From a virus (lineage: Duplodnaviria > Caudoviricetes), in IMG/VR virus record IMGVR_UViG_3300027736_000043, positions 1,903-65,902 of that record: a stretch of DNA of 64,000 bases; one strand, given 5' to 3'. Shown here one piece after another: positions 18,350 through 29,600 of the stretch (position 1 is its first letter; each line of letters starts with the position of its first letter). The position numbers and the translations under genes are program-made. The notes beneath the pieces are model-generated. The model was not told the origin of the DNA. It saw nothing but the letters and a program-made list of their open reading frames with translations, and did no database searches.

Positions 18350-20257
18350 ATGGCCAATTACAATCCCAATGATGCAGCAGCATTTAACAAATTGATTCAA
18401 AATGGTCTCAGCACGGCTGATGCAGCTAAACAAGCTGGTATCACTCCCGAAGCTGCTAGCCAGTATGCGCTTGGTAACAACAACAATCTTGGCAGCTTGA
18501 ATCCTGGAGTTGGCGCTGCTCCAGCAACTGATCTGACTACATTTCCTGTACAGCCAATTCCTCAGGCGTTGTCTGGACAACCTGCTCAAGGTGTACAGTT
18601 GGCATCGGCTGCACCGACGGTTCTCAATGGGACTGTGAATCGAGACGGTACTATCACTTTCTTCACCCCAGGACAGAACCAAACACTATCACCTGGACCT
18701 CCTACTACAACTACTCAAAATGTTGGTCCTTTTGCTACTGGCTATCGAGGTGTTGCCGGACCGTTAGAACAGGCGCCACCACTGCCCAACAACACTGTTG
18801 TGCCTGTTGATGTTACTGGGCCTCCTACTGCTGACAATGCTCCTAGAGCAACTCCTAGTCCTACACCAGCTGTAAGTAGCAACGGGCAACCTGCCATAGT
18901 TGAAAACCCTAGAGTAAATTCAACCACACCAGTACCAGCAGTAAGTAGTTCTGGCCAGACTCCCGCGGCCAGTGATCCAGTTCCAGCAACCAATCAACCT
19001 TTTACTGTGGAAGTTGTTGGTACTGGAACCAATCAAAATGCTGCAGAAGATGCACGTCTTGCTCGTGCTCCTGGCCCGGTGTTCAACACACCGGGTGCTG
19101 CACAAGACGGCCAAGGCGGTACCACTCCAGAGCCATTTCGTGTAGAAGTCACTGGCACAGGTTTTGTAGCAAAACCTGGCGAATTAGGAAGCACTGTTAC
19201 TGCTCCAGAGCCATTTCGTGTAGAAGTCACTGGCACAGGTTTTGTAGCAAAACCTGGCGAACTAGGGAGTACCGTTTTTGAACCCAAACCAGTTTTTACA
19301 GGGCAAACAGATGAATTTGGCGGAATCCCTGCAGAGATACCTGCAGCCAATCCAATGTCACAAGATCCAATGCAACTTGCTGCAAATCAAGAAGCTGCGG
19401 CCAAAAATAACACTATCCAGCAGGCCACGTTACAGTCAACATATAAACAACCTGGCAATGGTGATTGGCGGTTCCGCATTAGTCTTGCTGAGGGTGCTGA
19501 TTACCTTTATAAGGTACCGGATAACTCAAATAAAGCAGGTGGTGCCGGCGGCAGTCCAGGTATACTAGCACCACTAGCAACCACCAATGGAGTGGTATTT
19601 CCGTATACACCACAAGTCACAACCAGTTATCAAGCCAAATACAACACTTATGATTTGATTCATTCAAACTATCGTGGAGTTTTTTATCAAAGCAGCGGCG
19701 TAAGCGAAATCTCTGTACGAGGAGTGTTCACTGCACAAGATACTCGCGAAGGTGCGTATGTGCTGGCAGTGATACACTTTTTTCGATCAGTTACCAAAAT
19801 GTTCTATGGTCAAGACAGTCAACGTGGCGCACCACCACCGCTGGTATATCTCACAGGGTTAGGCGATTATCAATTCAATCAACATCCTGCTGTGGTCACA
19901 AATTTTGAATACTCATTGCCTGATGATGTAGATTACATACGAGCTGATAATCCTAATAATTTTGGCACAGATTTGTTGAATCGCCGAGCAGGCGCATTAA
20001 ACCCGCCGTCTAATCCATTGAGTGCTATTGCCACTAGATTGGGATTGTCGGGACTATTTCCAGGCGCCACACCAACTAAACCATCTTATGGTGCAGTTAC
20101 CAATTCTGTGACCAACACAGCCAAAGCCACATACGTCCCTACTAAAATAAATATCAATGTGTCCTTGTTACCGGTACAAACAAGAGATCAAGTCAGCAAA
20201 TTATTCAGTCTTAAAGACTTTGCCACTGGCAGTTTATTACGTGGAGGATTCTGGTAA
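18350..20257 (+). CDS. Baseplate / tail-tube initiator-like protein with a long Pro/Thr-rich N-terminal region
   Basis: C-terminal GVVFPYTP...HSNY...PPPLVYLTGLG...VVTNFEYSLPDDVDYI domain typical of tube-initiator-like proteins found upstream of gp53/LysM genes. Confidence 0.6.
   Translation: MANYNPNDAAAFNKLIQNGLSTADAAKQAGITPEAASQYALGNNNNLGSLNPGVGAAPATDLTTFPVQPIPQALSGQPAQGVQLASAAPTVLNGTVNRDGTITFFTPGQNQTLSPGPPTTTTQNVGPFATGYRGVAGPLEQAPPLPNNTVVPVDVTGPPTADNAPRATPSPTPAVSSNGQPAIVENPRVNSTTPVPAVSSSGQTPAASDPVPATNQPFTVEVVGTGTNQNAAEDARLARAPGPVFNTPGAAQDGQGGTTPEPFRVEVTGTGFVAKPGELGSTVTAPEPFRVEVTGTGFVAKPGELGSTVFEPKPVFTGQTDEFGGIPAEIPAANPMSQDPMQLAANQEAAAKNNTIQQATLQSTYKQPGNGDWRFRISLAEGADYLYKVPDNSNKAGGAGGSPGILAPLATTNGVVFPYTPQVTTSYQAKYNTYDLIHSNYRGVFYQSSGVSEISVRGVFTAQDTREGAYVLAVIHFFRSVTKMFYGQDSQRGAPPPLVYLTGLGDYQFNQHPAVVTNFEYSLPDDVDYIRADNPNNFGTDLLNRRAGALNPPSNPLSAIATRLGLSGLFPGATPTKPSYGAVTNSVTNTAKATYVPTKININVSLLPVQTRDQVSKLFSLKDFATGSLLRGGFW
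19125..19275 (+). repeat. 78-bp tandem duplication (PEPFRVEVTGTGFVAKPGELGSTV twice)
   Basis: ctccagagccatttcgtgtagaagtcactggcacaggttttgtagcaaaacctggcgaa is identical at 19125 and 19203. Confidence 0.95.
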
Positions 20258-20556
20258 TGGCCACCTATGACGCAACCAGTCCGTATTACAATACACCATA
20301 CTCGCAGTTCTATCTGGACAAAATGGTCAACAGACCCATACCAGCAGAAAATGACGATTTAAATTTTATTATCAATCTTACCTATCAGTATCGTCCTGAT
20401 CTATTGGCTTATGACTTGTATGGCAATGCTGGACTATGGTGGGTGTTTTATCAGCGCAACCCAAACACATTAACAAAACCACCTTTTGACTTTACGGCCA
20501 ATACTTTTATATATTTGCCAAAAATTAGCACATTGAAATCAGTGTTGGGGTTTTAA
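20257..20556 (+). CDS. gp53: Baseplate wedge protein (gp53/LysM-like)
   Basis: YQYRPDLLAYDLYGNAGLWWVF..RN motif. Confidence 0.8.
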   Translation: MATYDATSPYYNTPYSQFYLDKMVNRPIPAENDDLNFIINLTYQYRPDLLAYDLYGNAGLWWVFYQRNPNTLTKPPFDFTANTFIYLPKISTLKSVLGF

Positions 20557-20559
20557 AAC

Positions 20560-23097
20560 ATGGCTGATACATGGAACCTAGCACCAGCTGACGCTGCCCA
20601 ACCACAAACAACAACAAATTCGGCCAATGCTACACAAACATTAATTGAGCCACAACCTAATGTGCTGGACAAATTTGCCAGTTACACTTATCAAGCATCA
20701 GTGTATCTCATGACCCCTGAACAATATCGGAACTTGTTAAACAGCGACAACAAAACTATTCCTGACAGTCAATTGCTGTTTCAAAGTGGCGGCAAAACTG
20801 TTGGCAACAAATTTTTTGATAATGATTTTTACATAGACAATATCACAGTAGAAACTCAATTTGCTGGAAAACAAACTCAAGGCGCTCACATGGCCACTAC
20901 TATAAAATTCACAGTGACTGAGCCTATGGGAATAACTTTGTTGGATCGTTTGTACAATGCAGTAGCAGATTCAATGCCGTCAGACTCTGTAGTAAATTTC
21001 AGTGCAGTACAATATTTATTGTCCATAAAATTTTTTGGATACGATCAAAATGGCAAACTATCTGCACCAGGAATACCTGCATCAGTTGGAACCACTGCTG
21101 ACCCCAAAGCAGTAATTGTAAAATATATTCCCTTTATTTTAAATAAAATAAACTGGACTGTAGGAACCAAGTTGGTCACTTACGAAATTGAAGCATCTCC
21201 AGTGGGTCAAATCACCGGAGGCAGTACAAATCGTGGCACTGTGCCATTTGACATTGAACTTACCGCAAAAACTGTAGGAGAAATTTTGTCTGGTCCTGCA
21301 ACCTATGCTGCTGCCAAAGTTGATGACAGTGATAACAGATTTGCACGACAAGGAACACCTACAGATGCAGCCACCAGTGCCGCAGCACCAACTAGAACTG
21401 GTGGAGCAGCCAATGGAGGTAGTCCATCTGCTCCACCAAACGCTGGTGCCACTCCTACTACTATCAACAAAACAATCACATCAGGGTTGATGGATGCATT
21501 GAATCAATTCCAACAAGATTTAGTAAAGAAAAGAAATATCTATACAATTGCTGACGAATATGAAATTGAGTTTGTTGATGCCAATGAAATAAAACAGGCA
21601 ACATTGACAGGCCCACAGCCCAAAATAGACAAAAAAACTGGGGCCATGGCGCCAGGAGCTGACACTAATCCAAAAAGTTTAGATTCTAGTAAAATACCAG
21701 TGAACAATACTCAAAGAATCAAACCAATCACAGCTGGTCAATCAATCACACAAGTGATTGATATAATTATTAGAAATAGTCAATACATAACTGATCAAGA
21801 AATATTAATTAACAATCCTGATGGGTCAACAAATAATGGATCTCCTGCAACTCAAAAACCCATGTCATGGTTTTTAATCACATATTCAGCCACACCCATC
21901 GGCGACAAGATTGATCCCAAACGTAATGATTTTGCTTACAAAATAAAATACACAATAACAAAATATTCAGTACCAAATTTTGATAGCAGTTATTTTGCAG
22001 TTGCCACTTATCCTGGACTGCACAAACAATACAATTATTGGTTTACTGGACAAAACACATCTGTGTTAGATTACTCAGCAAATTATGATGCACTGTACAA
22101 TCTGACATTGAGTGGTACCAAAGCTGGAGATTCAGCACAAGATTTTCGAAAAAAATATCAAACCAACAGCGCCAGAGATATTCCCAAATACACTTACAAT
22201 CCACGAAGTACTCAAGGAGTTGGTTACGGTGACGGCAAAAGCAACGAGTCTAGTGCTAATGCTGCTGAGTATCTTTACAATCCAGAAGGATTGAGCAGTT
22301 CTAGACTGCGGATTGTTGGAGATCCTGCTTGGATACAACAGGGCAGTCTATTCAAGCCCATCAATGCAGATACGTACAAGGTTGAAGCCAAGCTGGGATT
22401 TTTACCTGACGGTACTATCTCGTTCGATAGCTCTCAGGTGCTGTATGAAATTGCCTGGCAGCGGCCTGAAGATTACGATCTCAAAAGTGGCCTAGCAGAT
22501 CCTTACGCTAAAACTGCTTTAAAATATGGCGAACGTTTGCCATTACAAAGCAACATCTATCAGGCTGTAAAAGTAATCAATGAATTCCGTAATGGTCAAT
22601 TTGAACAAACACTAGAAGGCACATTGTATTTTTACAACAAACCCAAAGCATCAGGTGCAACTACTGGTGCAGCACCAGGAGCTGCCAACCCAATGTCACA
22701 AGATCCGGCACAACGAGCAGAATCACAAGCAGCAGCTGATGCGGCCACCAGTGCGGCATCGCCAACAAGAACTGGTGGTTTAGCCAACGGCGGCAGTTCA
22801 CCATTTACCTCAGCAGCTCAAGGTGTTACAGGTACAACATTAGCACCCATTGGAAATCTTGCAAACCAAGCAGGAATTAGAGATCCGCAACAATTGAGTC
22901 AATTGGCTCAACAAGTGCCTAACATTGTACCATCACAACCGGCAGAAAACGCAACCAGTAATGGACAACTGGTAGGACCAGCAATCTTAAATAGCTCGCC
23001 GTCGGTACTGACACCTGCTGTAGGGAGAACAACGTTGGATTCCTTGCAATCAAATCCAACAAACAATCCACCTTTTCAAACAATTAGAGACACATAA
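20560..23097 (+). CDS. Baseplate hub protein (gp27/VgrG-like)
   Basis: Sits between the gp53- and gp5-like genes. Motifs LRIVGDPAWI and YQAVKVINEFRNGQFEQTL. Confidence 0.6.
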   Translation: MADTWNLAPADAAQPQTTTNSANATQTLIEPQPNVLDKFASYTYQASVYLMTPEQYRNLLNSDNKTIPDSQLLFQSGGKTVGNKFFDNDFYIDNITVETQFAGKQTQGAHMATTIKFTVTEPMGITLLDRLYNAVADSMPSDSVVNFSAVQYLLSIKFFGYDQNGKLSAPGIPASVGTTADPKAVIVKYIPFILNKINWTVGTKLVTYEIEASPVGQITGGSTNRGTVPFDIELTAKTVGEILSGPATYAAAKVDDSDNRFARQGTPTDAATSAAAPTRTGGAANGGSPSAPPNAGATPTTINKTITSGLMDALNQFQQDLVKKRNIYTIADEYEIEFVDANEIKQATLTGPQPKIDKKTGAMAPGADTNPKSLDSSKIPVNNTQRIKPITAGQSITQVIDIIIRNSQYITDQEILINNPDGSTNNGSPATQKPMSWFLITYSATPIGDKIDPKRNDFAYKIKYTITKYSVPNFDSSYFAVATYPGLHKQYNYWFTGQNTSVLDYSANYDALYNLTLSGTKAGDSAQDFRKKYQTNSARDIPKYTYNPRSTQGVGYGDGKSNESSANAAEYLYNPEGLSSSRLRIVGDPAWIQQGSLFKPINADTYKVEAKLGFLPDGTISFDSSQVLYEIAWQRPEDYDLKSGLADPYAKTALKYGERLPLQSNIYQAVKVINEFRNGQFEQTLEGTLYFYNKPKASGATTGAAPGAANPMSQDPAQRAESQAAADAATSAASPTRTGGLANGGSSPFTSAAQGVTGTTLAPIGNLANQAGIRDPQQLSQLAQQVPNIVPSQPAENATSNGQLVGPAILNSSPSVLTPAVGRTTLDSLQSNPTNNPPFQTIRDT

Positions 23098-24623
23098 TGG
23101 CACAAAACAACGCACGCAGCAGGGGAAAACCAAAAAATTATAAATTTGATCGCGGTGGCATACCAGCAGAATTTGGTCCGTTTACCGGCGTGGTAAAATC
23201 CACAGCGGATCCCACACGATCTGGGAGATTGAAAGTTTACATTGAAGCATTTGGTGATGGTGGACAAGCTGGAGAAGATGATCCTAACAAATGGACCACA
23301 GTCAGTTATATGCAACAATTTGGCGGATCAACTCCACCAGCGGCAATCAATGACGCTGGCACAACCAATGCCATTGGCAACTATCCTGGAAATGAAAACA
23401 GTTATGGCATGTGGTTTACTCCGCCAGATGTAGGTATCACGGTGCTGTGTGTGTTTGTGAATGGTCAACGTGATCAAGGTTACTATATCGGGACTGTGCC
23501 TGAACAGGGACTGGGCAGCATGTTGCCAGCTATTGGTGCTACTAGCAATTATTCCATTGACAAACAAAACGTTAACCAACAAAAATATTTTTCTAAATCA
23601 TCAATACTTCCAGTTACAGAAATCAATGTCAATAACAATGAAATTTTTAACAGTCCTACATTTTTCTCACAACGAAAACCAGTACATAGTTATGTGGCAG
23701 GAATCATGTTTCAACAAGGTCTTATCAACGACCCTGACCGCGGTCCTATAAACAGTACCAGTCAACGAGAAACGCCAAGTAGTGTATTTGGTATAAGCAC
23801 TCCTGGATCGCCCATTTATCAAGGTGGTATGAAACCCAATGATATTCGTAAAAAAATTAATGATGGATCTATTACTCCGGGACAAGCACAAGTAATAGGT
23901 CGCGTGGGAGGCCATACCCTGGTCATGGATGACGGAGACCTTGAAAATAAAAATGCTTTGTTCCGACTAAGAACCAGTAAAGGTCATCAGATTACTATGA
24001 GTGACAGCGGTAACTTTTTTTACATCACTCATTCTAATGGGCAAACATGGCTAGAATTTGGAGCTGAAGGTACTGTAGATGTGTACGCTACCAACTCTAT
24101 CAACATGCGTACAGCAGGAGATATAAATTTTCACGCTGATAGAGATATCAATATGTTTGCCGGCAGAAATGTACAGATTAAAAGTACCAAACGCATGCAG
24201 TTAGAAAGTATGGAAACCATGATTCTGGATGCTCAGAAAGACATAACGGTTTACAGTAAAAATACCATTGGAGTAAAAGCTGATGGTGTATTGACCATTA
24301 ACAGTGGATCAGGCAGCTGGGGTGCTGGCAGCGAATTGATTCTCACTGCCGGCGGCATTGAACTTAATGGTCCAGCAGCCGGGCAAGTTACTGTACCTAA
24401 TCCGGTGACTAAAACTTTGTTTACTGAAGTAAATTTCAATACCAGTAACGGATGGGAAACCAAAACTGACGGGTTGACTAGTATTTGTAGTCGAATAACC
24501 ACCCACGAACCGTATCCTTATCACAACAAAGGTGTAGACGTGCCAGTGGCATTTGAAAGTGGCTATGCAGTACCTCCTGGCGCTCCAGACGTTCCGCCAG
24601 GTGTGGCAATTTCAGCAAACTAA
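23097..24623 (+). CDS. gp5: Baseplate central spike (gp5/Vgr OB-fold plus beta-helix)
   Basis: DPTRSGRLKVYI, GMWFTPPDVG..V, GHTLVMDDG, RTSKGHQITMSDS, followed by beta-helical repeats. No lysozyme domain is evident. Confidence 0.8.
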   Translation: MAQNNARSRGKPKNYKFDRGGIPAEFGPFTGVVKSTADPTRSGRLKVYIEAFGDGGQAGEDDPNKWTTVSYMQQFGGSTPPAAINDAGTTNAIGNYPGNENSYGMWFTPPDVGITVLCVFVNGQRDQGYYIGTVPEQGLGSMLPAIGATSNYSIDKQNVNQQKYFSKSSILPVTEINVNNNEIFNSPTFFSQRKPVHSYVAGIMFQQGLINDPDRGPINSTSQRETPSSVFGISTPGSPIYQGGMKPNDIRKKINDGSITPGQAQVIGRVGGHTLVMDDGDLENKNALFRLRTSKGHQITMSDSGNFFYITHSNGQTWLEFGAEGTVDVYATNSINMRTAGDINFHADRDINMFAGRNVQIKSTKRMQLESMETMILDAQKDITVYSKNTIGVKADGVLTINSGSGSWGAGSELILTAGGIELNGPAAGQVTVPNPVTKTLFTEVNFNTSNGWETKTDGLTSICSRITTHEPYPYHNKGVDVPVAFESGYAVPPGAPDVPPGVAISAN

Positions 24624-24624
24624 T

Positions 24625-26193
24625 ATGGGAACATTTACATTTTCATTACCAAACGGCAAGTCATTCAATGTTGACGGCCCTCCAGGATTCAATGCTGATC
24701 AGGCCAAAGCAATATTTGACCAACAATCTAGTGCTGGTTCATTAATTGGTCTCAAACCCGGTGCCAGTTTGAGTGCAGCAACTCAAGCAGTCAGTGGATT
24801 GCCTTCTGCACAAGGTGCAGTAAATCAAGCATTAAGTGGAGTAACTGGTGCATTAGGCGCGGGTGTTCCTGGTGCTGCTGGACTTTTAGGAAGTGTTTCA
24901 AAGAACTTAGCAACAGCTGGTGGAGCATTGAGCGGTAGTCTAGCACCAGGTATATCAGGGTTAACAGGAGCAGTAGGACCGGCAGTTACTAATTTGTCAG
25001 GCGAAATTACAAATAAATTAGGTGCAGCCAGCTTGGCTGGTAGTGTTGGGTCATTGGCTACCACGGCCATTGGCACCATCAATAAAACCATTGGGTCTAC
25101 CGCAATAACATCTCCAATCAACACAGCTGATTTTATCAAACAAATTCCTGCATTAGGTCCCATTGGCAGTATGAGCGCAAGTGATGTTAGTGGTGTGCTG
25201 GCGCAATCTAAAAATTTAGTAAATCAAGGAGTTAACGTTCTTAGCAACACAACTGGTGTAGGATCGTTTGGGTTGAATGTTCCGCAACTGGAAACTGCAG
25301 GAATTTTAAAACCAGGAACCGCAGCATTAGCTGCTGTGTCAGGAGCATCATTATCATCGGTGCTCAATAGCCCAGCGGTATTCACCGGAGCCAATGGTAT
25401 TAAAAACATAGATTCATTGTTGTCCAACCCTGGGTTGCAATCTGGAGTTCAACAAGATCTCATGTCCAAAGGCACCGCAGCGTTAGGAGCAGTTGGTATT
25501 CCGGTAGGAAGTTTAAGCGCACAAGGTCTAGCAGGTGTGGCATTGAGTGCAGCTAAAAGTGTGCCCAATACTGAAGCACTGTTAAAAGGGTTACCAACCC
25601 CGGCAGATGCCAAAGCAACATTTAATACCTTGGTCAAAGACGGTTCTTATGCTGTGAATCTTGCACAAAGCAAAATAGAGCCAATATTTAAAGCTGAAAT
25701 TGCACCAGTTCCGGCTGCAGACACAGTGGATCGTAGTACGTTAACTGGTGCTACTAACAGGGTATTAGGAAATGACAAGATACCTGCACCAGATTTTGCC
25801 ACTGCAACACCTGATGTTGGTGCTATATCACAAACAATACAATCAGGATTTACTAACTTCAGTTCAGTTATTCAAAGCATAATACCAACGTGGAACGTGA
25901 TCAATGAAAAATTAAAAACATTGGAGAATCAACAAGTCATATCTCAACAAGAGTGGATAGCCATTGACGGTCAACAACAAGCAGCAAATCAATCTTATTT
26001 AGATGGGGTAGCAACCTACTACGTGCCCGCGTCAACGGTTTACGATGGCGCTCCTGTCGAAATACAAAAAGAATTCAAAGCACTCAATGACAAAATAAGT
26101 GATCAGACCGACGAGTTAATAGGGTTGTCATTTCCAATTATCAAACGTATCAGACAGTTGGCTGACAAGATTTCAACCAACGTTAGCACTTAA
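24625..26193 (+). CDS. Putative virion structural protein (Gly/Ala/Ser-rich)
   Basis: ORF track lists 24553; the likelier start is ATG 24625, just after the gp5 stop. Lies within the baseplate operon. Confidence 0.55.
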   Translation: MGTFTFSLPNGKSFNVDGPPGFNADQAKAIFDQQSSAGSLIGLKPGASLSAATQAVSGLPSAQGAVNQALSGVTGALGAGVPGAAGLLGSVSKNLATAGGALSGSLAPGISGLTGAVGPAVTNLSGEITNKLGAASLAGSVGSLATTAIGTINKTIGSTAITSPINTADFIKQIPALGPIGSMSASDVSGVLAQSKNLVNQGVNVLSNTTGVGSFGLNVPQLETAGILKPGTAALAAVSGASLSSVLNSPAVFTGANGIKNIDSLLSNPGLQSGVQQDLMSKGTAALGAVGIPVGSLSAQGLAGVALSAAKSVPNTEALLKGLPTPADAKATFNTLVKDGSYAVNLAQSKIEPIFKAEIAPVPAADTVDRSTLTGATNRVLGNDKIPAPDFATATPDVGAISQTIQSGFTNFSSVIQSIIPTWNVINEKLKTLENQQVISQQEWIAIDGQQQAANQSYLDGVATYYVPASTVYDGAPVEIQKEFKALNDKISDQTDELIGLSFPIIKRIRQLADKISTNVST

Positions 26194-26200
26194 TTTTTCC

Positions 26201-26208
26201 GGTAAATA
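26201..26208 (+). promoter_or_regulatory. Late promoter GGTAAATA 5 nt before the gp25 ATG
   Basis: Same box as upstream of the portal and ORF 45282. Confidence 0.6.
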
Positions 26209-26213
26209 CTTGT

Positions 26214-26591
26214 ATGGCTCAAACATTTATAGGTTTCAACACTGTTGATCAAGTTAAAAAATTTACCTTGACTGATTTTCCATTGATCAAACGTGATCTA
26301 TTGAATGCGTTTAACATACGTCAAGGCGAATTGCCAGGCAGGCCCGAATACGGTACAATATTATGGAACTTCTTGTTTGAACCCCAAATTGAAGAATTGC
26401 AGAACAGCATGGTTGCTGAAATACAACGTGTGGCCGGCGGCGATCCCAGAGTGTTTATTTCAGACATACAAATTTTCCCACAAAACAACGGTATATTGAT
26501 ACAGTTGGAATTAACAATAACTCCATCAACTGATGCTCAACGACTGGCAATATTTTTTGATATTGTGTCTAGACGAGCCAGTTACATTTAG
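26214..26591 (+). CDS. gp25: Baseplate wedge subunit (gp25 family)
   Basis: IKRDLLNAFNIRQGE..GRPEYGT.LW..LFEP...DPRV pattern. Confidence 0.88.
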   Translation: MAQTFIGFNTVDQVKKFTLTDFPLIKRDLLNAFNIRQGELPGRPEYGTILWNFLFEPQIEELQNSMVAEIQRVAGGDPRVFISDIQIFPQNNGILIQLELTITPSTDAQRLAIFFDIVSRRASYI

Positions 26592-26592
26592 G

Positions 26593-26625
26593 TATAAACT
26601 ACGCAGTTTTTTGTGTCCATAAATA
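26593..26625 (+). promoter_or_regulatory. Late promoter with a conserved upstream motif, copy 2
   Basis: TATAAACTACGCAGTTTTT-8 nt-TAAATA. Confidence 0.6.
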
Positions 26626-26654
26626 AACAATAAGGCACAAAAAGGTCAAAACCA

Positions 26655-29600
26655 ATGGCAACAACTACTAGACAAACAGCAATATTCGGAGTAGAGGACT
26701 GGAAACAAATTTACCAGACTTACCGCGAAGCTGATTTTCAAAGTTACGACTTTGAAACTTTACGTAAAAGTTTTGTTGACTATCTGCGACTGTATTATCC
26801 AGAAACATTTAACGATTATATTGAAAGCAGTGAATTCATTGCCCTACTAGACGTAATGGCGTTTATGGGACAATCGCTAGCATTCCGCACTGATCTCAAC
26901 ACAAGAGAAAATTACATGGATACTGCTGAACGTAGAGATTCAGTAGTTCAGTTGGCAAATTTAATCAGCTATACAGCCAAGCGCAATACAGAATCACAAG
27001 GTCTGCTTAAAGTATTTTCAGTTGTGACCACAGAAAATGTTGTAGATTACAATGGCGTAAATCTCAGCAATGTAACTGTAGACTGGGCAGACCCTACCAA
27101 TCCAGCTTGGCAAGAACAATTTACTGCAATCATCAACGCTTCTCTGGTAGATTCACAACGCGTCGGCCGTCCGGGCAATCGCCAAACTATCTTGGGTGTG
27201 CGTACTGATGAATATGGTATCAATTTGGTCCCAGGCTATTTGCCAGTGATACCATACAATGCAACAGTAGACGGTATTACCATGCCATTTGAAGCAATGA
27301 CTAGTACGTCGGTGGGTGAAAATTATCTTTATGAACCCAGTCCTAGAATAAATCAAACATTTAATGTGTTGTTCCGTAATGATCAGTTGGGATTCAACAG
27401 CAACAACACTGGCTATTTCTTCATGTTCAAACAAGGTGTATTACAAAATCAAGATTTTAATTTACCTGAACGTATTGCCAACCGCACAGTTAACATCAAC
27501 ATTGAAGGCGTCAATCAAGAAGATCGTTGGTTGTTCCAACTGGACACAGTGGGCACAATCAACAGAGAATGGCAATTTACTGAAAATGTATATTCAGCCG
27601 CAGCTGAACAAATTGGAACAAGTCTGCGCCCTATATTTTCTGTGACCAGTAGAGCCAATGATCAGATTACATTGGTATTTGGTGATGGAGTTTTTTCAGA
27701 AATCCCAGTGGGCACATTCCGTTGTTATGTTCGTGCATCTAATGGATTACAATACATTATCAACCCTGAAGAAATGCAATCGGTTAGTTTGCCAATCAGT
27801 TACATCAGTCGCAGCGGAAATCTTGAAACTATAACATTCACTTGCGGTATTACACAACCAGTAAGCAATAGTCAAACACGTGAACCAATTGCAGAGATCA
27901 AGCAACGTGCCCCAGCACAATATTACACACAGAACAGAATGGTCAATGGAGAAGATTATAATTTATTTCCATACACTCAATACAACTCTATTCTTAAAAG
28001 TAAAGCCTTAAATCGTGCCAGCATAGGAACCAGTCGTTATCTTGACCTAGTAGACAATACTGGCAAATATAGTAGTACTAACACATTTGGCAGTGATGGT
28101 GGGTTATGGGAACAAAACGTATTACCTACAATATTGTTCACATGGAACACCAGAAATGAAGTTGCAGATGTTATAACAAATCAAGTACAACCACAGTTGC
28201 TTGAACCTATTGTAAAACAATTTTATTATGCAAATTTTCCGCGACAATCAATTAATACTGGCACCACAGCATTAAGCACCTGGCAACAAAGTACTACATT
28301 GGCCAACCAAACTACTGGATTTTTCCGCAATAGCACAGTCAGCAGCACTTGGACCAGTGGTACTCCTATACCAGTGGGTAATGTAGTAGGGGTCACCAAT
28401 CCTTTTTATTTTGTTACACCAGGCGCGTTGATTAAATTTGTGTCACCAACTGGGTATTACTTTGATCGTAATAATCGACTGGTGCAAGGATCGCCGGCAC
28501 GTTCAGATGAAAAATTAGAAATCTGGGCCAGCCCACTGCAAGTCATTGGAGATGGATACAACGGTGGCCTGGGCAATTTACCATCAGGTGCCGGCCCTGT
28601 AACACTGAACAACTTTGTTCCTACTGGTGCAATTGTTGACACAATTATTCCATTATTTGTAACAGATTTGCCACAAGATTTAGAAGCTGCAATCAATGAA
28701 CAAATTGTTTTGTATCGAAACTTTGGCTTGGGATATGACAATGATGGGTCTGTAACAGGAACTCCATATTCTTGGTACTTGATTACCAGTACCAATCTAG
28801 ATCAAAACGCTGCTTGGAGTCAAACCGTGCCCGGTCTAGCTGGTAATACCAATGGAGTTAATTCAGATGCCAGTTGGTTAGTACAATTTGTCACAGTAAA
28901 TCAAAATTATACTATCACGTTCCGCGGATTACAATACAATTTTGGGTCTGTGCTACAAACAAGATTTTTCTTTTACGAAGGTCAAAAAGTATACGATAGC
29001 CGCACGGGCACAGTAATCAAAGACTACATTAATTTACTAGCAGTCAATACTCAACCAGACTCCACTGATCATTTGCCCGGTGACGTTCCTGTTACCATCA
29101 TTGGCCAACCTGTGGAAAGTGATGGTTATGTTGATGACTTTCAGGTGTTGGTCAGCTATAGAGATGCTGACAGTGATGGCATTCCTGACAACCCAGACTT
29201 TTTTACAGAAATTGTAGCACCCACAGTCAACGCCAATCAGAAATTTGTATTCTTACAACAAACAGTAGATTTTGACAATTTACAACGTTATCTATTGGTA
29301 GAACAAGGTCGCGTAAATTCTGACTATGCAACCATAGATGACATTGAATTGGTCAAAAGTGAATGGTCTCCAGGACAGGTATTTTACGCATATGACCAAG
29401 ATTCATTCTATGAACTTAGTATATCAGTAACCGGAGCACGCACATTGGTAGCTGTCACAGGATGGATTGCTCGTGTGGGCCGTCAAGACTTGTACTATCA
29501 ATATCGTCACAATTCCCCATTGACCAATAGAATAGATCCAGGAACTACAAACATTATTGATCTGTATGTGGTGCCGCAGGCTTACTACACTGCTTATCAA

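Noticed and set aside
18170-18682. 170-aa minus-strand ORF spanning the gp55 promoter region
   Set aside because: It overlaps two well-supported genes and their promoters and has no motifs.
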